This document shows positions 58,122 through 64,000 of a DNA stretch of 64,000 bases, one piece after another; the stretch's first letter is position 1, and each line of letters starts with the position of its first letter. Source of the stretch: Acidimicrobiia bacterium. GTDB lineage: Bacteria; Actinomycetota; Acidimicrobiia; Spongiisociales; ZC4RG35. Below the pieces are notes generated by a model. The model saw nothing but the letters and a program-made list of their open reading frames with translations. It had not been told where the DNA came from and did not search any database. Made by a program: the position numbers and the translations under genes. The stretch is taken from the NCBI GenBank assembly GCA_965215185.1, contig OZ244034.1, positions 1,888,001 through 1,952,000 of the forward strand, read 5' to 3'.

Positions 58122-60403
58122 GCTGAATCCCCTTTCTTTTGCACCGCCTGAATGGCCTCCCAAACCCTGGTAGGGGTCAGGGGAAAATCGATCGATGTGA
58201 CTCCTAGCGGCCGCAATGCGTCGCAGACCGCGTTGTGGATGGCGGGCGGCACACCGATGCAACCCGCCTCACCTGTCCCCTTGGCGCCGAGGGGATTCGA
58301 CGGCGCCGGATGGGTCAGACGCCGGGTCTCCAGCGGCATGGGTTGGGTGGCGCTGGGGATCAGGTAGCCCATTAGGTTGGTCGTAAGAGGCTGGCCATCT
58401 GCGTCATAGACAATCTCCTCCAGCAGTGCCGAGCCGATTCCCTGCATGATCGAACCATGCACTTGGCCCTCCACCACCATCGGGTTGATCACGTTTCCAC
58501 AGTCGTCAACGGCGACCAACTGAAGCAGGTTCACGAACCCGGTCTCAAGTTCAACCTCGACCACGGCCACGTAGGCGCCATAAGGGTAGGTCAGGGCATT
58601 GGGGGTGAACATCTCTTCCGCCGACAAATCCACCCCTTGAGACTGCGCCTCCATGGCTATGGCTGCTAGCGAAATCTCGGGTTGAGGAGAGCCGACGACT
58701 CTTACCTTGCCGTCACTGCACTCAAGGTCGTGCGGAGCAGCCTCCAGCATGCCCGCGGCCAGATCCAAGGCCACCTCCCTGACCTTGCGTGCGCAGCGGA
58801 GCACCGCCGAGCCACCCAGCTGCAGGGATCGGCTGGAAAAGCTACCTACGCTCTTCGGAATCTCCGCAGTGTCGCCGGCGTGAAACACGATCCGGTCATG
58901 GGGGACGTCGAACACCGAGGCGGCGATCTGGGACCACACGGTTTGGTGGGCTTGACCGGCCGATGTTGAGCCGGTGCGGACCTCCAACGATCCGTCGGGC
59001 ATCACCTCGACTTTCCCCCACTCCCATGAACCCACCGCGCCGCCTGCCCGCTCGATGAACGAGGCGATTCCTATCCCGATGGGATCTCCAGCGAGGCGGC
59101 TTCTCTCCTCCTGTCGTGCGCGCCATTTCTCAACATCCACTGTCTCCAGCGCCAGATCAAGGGCCGCCAGGTAGTCACCCGAGTCGTATATCGAACCGGT
59201 ATGAGTGGTGAAGGGGAGTTGGTCGGAGCGGATGAAGTTCTTGCGCCGCACGTCCTCGGGCCTCATCCCGACCTCGGCTGCGAAGGCGTCCACCGCGCAT
59301 TCGATGCCTATGGCGGCCTCGGGACGCCCAGCACCCCGGTACGGTCCCGTGGGCGCCTTGTTGGTCACCGCAGCGATGGCGTGAACCTCAAGATGGTCTA
59401 TGTCGTAGACGCCCTGCGTCATGAACTGGGAGAAAAAGGGGATGCGAGACCCGGTACTGGGATAGGCACCCACGTCACCGAGCATCTCCGACTTCACATA
59501 CCGCATGCGGCCTGACCGGTCACCGCCGACCGACACCTTCACCTCTTGACCCCGGCCGTGGGTACCGGATCGCAACTGTTCCCCCCGCCGCTCGATCCAT
59601 GCCACGGCCCTATTGAGCCGATGAGCTGCCACTGCCACAACCACGTACTCGGCGTAGAACTGTCCCTTGGTGCCGAAGGCGCCACCGACATCGGGTACCC
59701 GCGCCCGGATTTGTTCCGGGGGCAGGCCGACGAAGGGAGAAAGCTGTCGGGGAAGACGGCTTGGGGACTGGTGTCCACACCACACCTCGAGGGTCCCGTC
59801 GATCGGACGGACGAGGATGGCCAGCGGTTCGATGGTCACCGGCGAGATTCGTGGAATGCCCACCTTGACGGAGGCCTCGACTTCTGCTTCCGGGCGTTCA
59901 CCCCTGGTGGCCAACGTCTTTTGGTGCACGAGGTTCGTTCCGGTTTCCGGAAAGAGGAGCACGTCCCCTTCCAGAGACGTCTTCGCATCGGTCACGGCGG
60001 GGAGGGGATCGATGTCGACCCACAGCATTTCGGCAGCGTCGACCGCCTGGGATGGGGTCTCGGCAATGACTACGGCGATCGGCTCGCCAACATAGCGAAC
60101 ACGTTGGCGGGCAAGGGCCGGCTGGCCCATTCCGGTGGCCTCCGGCGCCCCCCGCCCGGGGGTGGAGGGAAGATCGGGAATGTTGAGGGTCTGTGCATCA
60201 AATGCCGCCACGACGCCGGGCATGTCCAGGATCTCGTCCAAGTCAGGCGGTTCGAGTGTTCCATGGGCGTCGGGGCTGCGCACGAAGGCGCAGTGCAACG
60301 TGTCTTTGTCGACCAGGTCACCCACATATGCCCCTTCTCCGGTGACAAGTGGATAATCTTCCAGTCTGCGAACCGAGTCGCCGATGCCTGCGTTCTTACT
60401 CAC
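58118..60403 (-). CDS. Xanthine dehydrogenase family molybdopterin-binding subunit (CoxL/CutL-like)
   Basis: RRLED, VGGAFGTK, PYRGAGRPE, GQ.H.T..SQ, GQVHG..MQG and GAKGTGEAG motifs. Alternative start at 60418. Confidence 0.9.
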   Translation of the reverse strand: MSKNAGIGDSVRRLEDYPLVTGEGAYVGDLVDKDTLHCAFVRSPDAHGTLEPPDLDEILDMPGVVAAFDAQTLNIPDLPSTPGRGAPEATGMGQPALARQRVRYVGEPIAVVIAETPSQAVDAAEMLWVDIDPLPAVTDAKTSLEGDVLLFPETGTNLVHQKTLATRGERPEAEVEASVKVGIPRISPVTIEPLAILVRPIDGTLEVWCGHQSPSRLPRQLSPFVGLPPEQIRARVPDVGGAFGTKGQFYAEYVVVAVAAHRLNRAVAWIERRGEQLRSGTHGRGQEVKVSVGGDRSGRMRYVKSEMLGDVGAYPSTGSRIPFFSQFMTQGVYDIDHLEVHAIAAVTNKAPTGPYRGAGRPEAAIGIECAVDAFAAEVGMRPEDVRRKNFIRSDQLPFTTHTGSIYDSGDYLAALDLALETVDVEKWRARQEERSRLAGDPIGIGIASFIERAGGAVGSWEWGKVEVMPDGSLEVRTGSTSAGQAHQTVWSQIAASVFDVPHDRIVFHAGDTAEIPKSVGSFSSRSLQLGGSAVLRCARKVREVALDLAAGMLEAAPHDLECSDGKVRVVGSPQPEISLAAIAMEAQSQGVDLSAEEMFTPNALTYPYGAYVAVVEVELETGFVNLLQLVAVDDCGNVINPMVVEGQVHGSIMQGIGSALLEEIVYDADGQPLTTNLMGYLIPSATQPMPLETRRLTHPAPSNPLGAKGTGEAGCIGVPPAIHNAVCDALRPLGVTSIDFPLTPTRVWEAIQAVQKKGDSA

Positions 60404-60460
60404 GGAGCGTGGACTCAATCGTAATCGGTGTTCTTTTCACGTTTATTTGCCCGGATCGGC

Positions 60461-61777
60461 TCATGTTTCCTCAAGGATCCATATACCCTCGTTGAGCCCA
60501 CTCAGGTAGATGTAGCCACGAGGGTCGACAATCACATCTTGTGAGGACACGTCGCGCACCCCACTGTGGATCACATCGAAGATTCGCATGTATGGACGGG
60601 GGTCAATGAGATGCGTGGGCGATGGGGGGAGGAAGGACGCCGTTTCGGTCGGATTCCGTGGATCCGAGACGTCAAACACCCGCAAGCCGGCGTTCATGTA
60701 GGCGTTATAAATTTTGTCGGCTACCTGCTTCGATCCTTGATGATTCTCGTGGAGATTGTGCGGACCGAACCGTTCCCCCTTTTGGTAGTAAGTCTCGTAC
60801 GGTTCCCCTTCAGTGGGTTCGGGGATCGGGAGCGTCGAGAGTTCGGTCGGGTTGGTCTCGTCGGAGATATCCCAAAGCCGGATGTTCTTTGGACCTTCCA
60901 AACCGAAGTTGGCCAATGGCTCCTCGACAACTGCCAGGATGTCACGGCCGGGAAGTGGAACGCAAGAATGAGTCTGACCGTCCGTCAGTTCGGGGAATGT
61001 TCGAACGTGACTCACCAGCGTCGGGTTCTCGACGTCGGAAACGTCCACGATGGCGAATCCGCCATCAGAGTAGGCGATGTAGGCGCGGTCTGCTTCGACG
61101 AGAGGAAAATGCACCCCGAAGGTTTCGTCCTCCAGCGGAGGTTGACCCTCCCCCAGCTGTACGGGGTGCCAAAAGTCGGTCACTCTCTTGGGTGACTCGG
61201 GGTCGGACACGTCGAGAATCGTCATCACCCGTGCGCGGTCAAGGCGCCAGTGATATCGCACACCGGGTGCTTCAATCATGTTCGACAGATAAGCGTACCG
61301 GCCTCCGTTCCACCAGCTGCGATGGATCCCATACCCTCGGGGACCAGTTTCGTCCCAGTGGGACAACTCTCGGGGCGCGGTGGGGTCGGAGACGTCGAAG
61401 AAGCGCACTCCTTTCCACGCTTGGGTTGGGTCGGTAGCGGGGTTGTAGAAAGCCGGCTCACAGGAGGCCATGAGAATGTTGTCGGCCACCTGGATCTTGA
61501 TGTGCCAGGTGTGCTCGTTCGGCGCTGCAATAAAGGAAACGACTCCCGGGTCACTGGGTGAGGTGACATCGAGCACGCTTATCCCACCCGACCATGGGTG
61601 GCCGACGTAGAGATAGGTGTGCCGGCCCACTGTTTGGAGTTGGAGTTGCTGTCCGTCCAATTTCCCGTCAAGGTCGCTGAACCCGACTATGTCGATGTTG
61701 GTTGCGATGGGCTCTTTGACCGGCTTGGCGGCCATCTTGCGGATGGATCGTTTCCAATCAGGTTCCATGGCCGCCAT
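60461..61777 (-). CDS. LVIVD-repeat beta-propeller protein B
   Basis: Repeated DVSDP..P units; WHIK, GIHR, HFP, HS and RFGPHNLHE motifs. Confidence 0.8.
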   Translation of the reverse strand: MAAMEPDWKRSIRKMAAKPVKEPIATNIDIVGFSDLDGKLDGQQLQLQTVGRHTYLYVGHPWSGGISVLDVTSPSDPGVVSFIAAPNEHTWHIKIQVADNILMASCEPAFYNPATDPTQAWKGVRFFDVSDPTAPRELSHWDETGPRGYGIHRSWWNGGRYAYLSNMIEAPGVRYHWRLDRARVMTILDVSDPESPKRVTDFWHPVQLGEGQPPLEDETFGVHFPLVEADRAYIAYSDGGFAIVDVSDVENPTLVSHVRTFPELTDGQTHSCVPLPGRDILAVVEEPLANFGLEGPKNIRLWDISDETNPTELSTLPIPEPTEGEPYETYYQKGERFGPHNLHENHQGSKQVADKIYNAYMNAGLRVFDVSDPRNPTETASFLPPSPTHLIDPRPYMRIFDVIHSGVRDVSSQDVIVDPRGYIYLSGLNEGIWILEET

Positions 61778-61842
61778 CTATGTATCTCCCAGTAGGTGCG
61801 AGCAGAGCTTTACCGCTCGTTCGATTCGATTTTGAGATTGGT

Positions 61843-61890
61843 TAGATGGGCGCCCCCAAAGGCATGTTGAGCCTGGGGGCACCCGATCTA
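61843..61890 (-). terminator. Stem-loop downstream of the binding-protein gene (terminator or mRNA-stabilising)
   Basis: Inverted repeat tagat-gggcgccccca...tgggggcaccc-gatcta. Confidence 0.55.
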
Positions 61891-61896
61891 CTTGTT

Positions 61897-63633
61897 TCAG
61901 CAGGACTCGATGTATTCCACAAAGCTGAAGGGTGCGCTCATGTTGGCACCGGGGTAGCTGTAACCGCAGACGACATTGGGATCGACGACGGTCTCCGAGA
62001 AGGTCCGCAGCAACGGGATGTGCGGGGCGTTCTCAAAGACGACGTCCCCGAAGTCACGCCACAAGGCGGCCTGTTTAACCGTGTCCAACTCAATGAGGAT
62101 CGCTTCGTACTCGGTGTCCCAGTCGAGCATGCAGACTGGTCGGGCGGAATCCTGGTTGCAGTATCCCGCCGGTTCGAAACCGGTCACGTTTTCTGAGGCG
62201 GTGTCGTCGAATTCGACCATGCGATCGAACTCGCGGGCCTCACGTGCTGCCGAGTACTGCCCACCGTCCATCGACACGAGTTCTACGTCGAACCCGGCAT
62301 CCGCCAGCATGGTGCCGACGGCCTCGCTGAGGTCATTCTTGGCGATGACCTGGATACTGACCGGTCCGCCGAGCCCGTCCAGAATTGCGCGGGCGCCATC
62401 GGGATCGTAGCCGATATGCTCGCCGAAACGGGCTTCCCAGTCGGGGTTCCAGGAGTCGGTCTGCTCCGGCAGCCAGTACCACATGATGGCGGTCTCGGCC
62501 TCGCCTCCGTAGAAGGCGTCGTTCAGCGCCTGGCGGTCGATCGCCTTGTTGGCGGCAATACGGATGTCCTTGTTACACCATGGGCTGTCTGGATACAGGC
62601 GTTCGCCGCTGGTGAACACATCCGCGGACTTCTCTCCGGGGATTGATGGCTCCAGGTAGTAGCAACCCACGAGGGCCAAGCCATAACGACGTCCGGGGAG
62701 AGCCGACTTGATCACCTGCATGCCTTGCGCCTCGGCTTCGTCGCCGAGTTCCTGAGACAGCGAGGTCATTTGAACTTCACCCGCCAGCATTGAAGAGATC
62801 CTGGTGGCCTCCTCACCGATGAAGCGGTATTCGATCTCGTCGAAATCGCCGTTCTGACGCCAGTGGTCATACGGCACCTTCTCGAACACGACGTTCTGAC
62901 CAGGGTTCCGCTCCAGGAATTGGTACGGCCCGGTTCCGGCAAGTGGGGCCTCATCCAGACCTGGGGAGGCAGGCGAGCCTCCTCCTCGGGAGTCCCAGTC
63001 GGCCTTACTCTTGATGACCGCTCCCGCGGCGCCGTAACTGATGCCTTCGAAGAATGCGAAGGAGAGGTTATCGGTGACGTGGAAGATGACGGTGTAGTCG
63101 TCCACGATCTCGAACTCCCCTACAGCGTTGCGCACCGCTTCTGCCACACCGGAGACAGCTCCGGGTGGATCGATTAGGTCGGTGAGGGAAAACACAACGT
63201 CTTCCGCGGTCATCTCACCGAAACCGTTGTGGAACTGGACTCCCTGCCGAAGGCGGAAGGTAAGTTGGTCCCCAGCGTCGTTGAGTCCCCAACTCTCAGC
63301 AAGCATCGGGATCCACGCAGCGGTCAACGGGTCCACGCCGACCAGGTTCTCGTACATCGGTTTGAGCTGGTACTCATCGTTGGGTTGTATGTCGCGGTTG
63401 GGGTTATTCGACTCGCCCTGTTCGGGAGGCGGAACGGCGAATACCAGTCTGGTTGGTTCTGGTTCCGGCGCAGCCGTGGTTGCGGGTGGGGCAGCGGTAG
63501 TGGTGGGGGCGACCGTGGCTGCGGTGGTGGGTGCTTCATCACCTGCGTCGTCGCCGCATGCCGCGGCAACTATTGCAAGGCAAGCCAGCAACGCCACAAG
63601 GGTCCTTAATCGCCAAAAATTGCCTGATTTCAA
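61897..63633 (-). CDS. Family 5 (peptide/nickel) ABC substrate-binding lipoprotein
   Basis: Lipobox AAAC with Thr/Ala/Pro linker; LAESW, LRQGV.FH, GTGPY and IR.AANKAIDR motifs. Confidence 0.9.
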   Translation of the reverse strand: MKSGNFWRLRTLVALLACLAIVAAACGDDAGDEAPTTAATVAPTTTAAPPATTAAPEPEPTRLVFAVPPPEQGESNNPNRDIQPNDEYQLKPMYENLVGVDPLTAAWIPMLAESWGLNDAGDQLTFRLRQGVQFHNGFGEMTAEDVVFSLTDLIDPPGAVSGVAEAVRNAVGEFEIVDDYTVIFHVTDNLSFAFFEGISYGAAGAVIKSKADWDSRGGGSPASPGLDEAPLAGTGPYQFLERNPGQNVVFEKVPYDHWRQNGDFDEIEYRFIGEEATRISSMLAGEVQMTSLSQELGDEAEAQGMQVIKSALPGRRYGLALVGCYYLEPSIPGEKSADVFTSGERLYPDSPWCNKDIRIAANKAIDRQALNDAFYGGEAETAIMWYWLPEQTDSWNPDWEARFGEHIGYDPDGARAILDGLGGPVSIQVIAKNDLSEAVGTMLADAGFDVELVSMDGGQYSAAREAREFDRMVEFDDTASENVTGFEPAGYCNQDSARPVCMLDWDTEYEAILIELDTVKQAALWRDFGDVVFENAPHIPLLRTFSETVVDPNVVCGYSYPGANMSAPFSFVEYIESC

Positions 63634-63657
63634 GATGAACCTCTTTCTGCAATCGGA

Positions 63658-63673
63658 TTTGGTTTAAACCAAA
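63658..63673. promoter_or_regulatory. Perfect 16-bp palindrome (candidate operator)
   Basis: TTTGGTTTAAACCAAA in the AT-rich divergent intergenic region. Confidence 0.55.
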
Positions 63674-63809
63674 CAGTATCAATAGAATCCAGCCGTTTCA
63701 TCATAAACATCAAGTTAAAGTGTGGGGTCGCAACTAAAAGGCATCGCAACTAACATCGATGGGCAGCAGGGCTGGGGAATCAAGTCCTTACACAGAAGAG
63801 AGGTAACCG

Positions 63810-64000
63810 ATGACAAGCCAACCCGAAATCTTCAAGCGATTCGTCGGTAAAAGGGTTCTAGTCACCGGCGCCGGCACCGGATTCGGTAGTGCGATCGCTC
63901 GTAGGGCAGGCCTAGAAGGGGCACGGGTCGCCGTCCATTACTACAGTTCCACGGCCGGCGCAGAACGGACCACCGAACAGATACGCCAGATGGGCTCGGC
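63810..64000 (+). CDS. SDR family oxidoreductase (3'-partial)
   Basis: AGAGGT RBS, then MTSQ...VLVTGAGTGFGSAIA...GARVAVHY; runs off the window end. Confidence 0.85.
   Translation, partial: MTSQPEIFKRFVGKRVLVTGAGTGFGSAIARRAGLEGARVAVHYYSSTAGAERTTEQIRQMGS

Noticed and set aside
58118-60403. Aerobic CO dehydrogenase (coxL form I)
   Set aside because: The active-site loop is PYRGAGR, not AYxCSFR, and coxS/coxM are absent.

Overview
High-GC actinobacterial chromosome segment. Mycothiol genes mshA and mtr plus rex are present; an Acidimicrobiia-like origin is inferred, not verified. No rRNA, tRNA, CRISPR array or transposase/integrase gene was seen. Main blocks: (1) M23-GNAT-mshA-ybjN followed by a small toxin-antitoxin island. 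(2) A divergent respiratory locus at 6.6-16 kb: a cbb3-like CcoN/CcoO/cytochrome c operon whose CcoN homolog lacks all six metal-ligating histidines, back to back with a b6f-type split cytochrome b/Rieske/diheme c operon that includes a 2x[4Fe-4S] ferredoxin. Three subunits across the two operons share an unrecognised ~30-aa N-terminal 'RSAEA' module on Ala/Pro tethers; this is the best candidate for an undescribed system. (3) Flotillin/NfeD. (4) A nucleoside ABC importer plus MTA/5'-deoxyadenosine-type catabolic cluster (mtnA, deaminase, cupin, SDRs, aldolase-SDR, two phosphorylases). (5) A patchwork of accessory genes and pseudogenes. (6) A large uncharacterised catabolic operon (Opp-type ABC, two LVIVD proteins, a lone Mo-hydroxylase large subunit, ACMSD-like hydrolase, DRE-TIM and FAH enzymes). 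A recurring pattern occurs three times: an inserted or duplicated segment is bounded by a diverged, decayed copy of the 3' end of the upstream gene.
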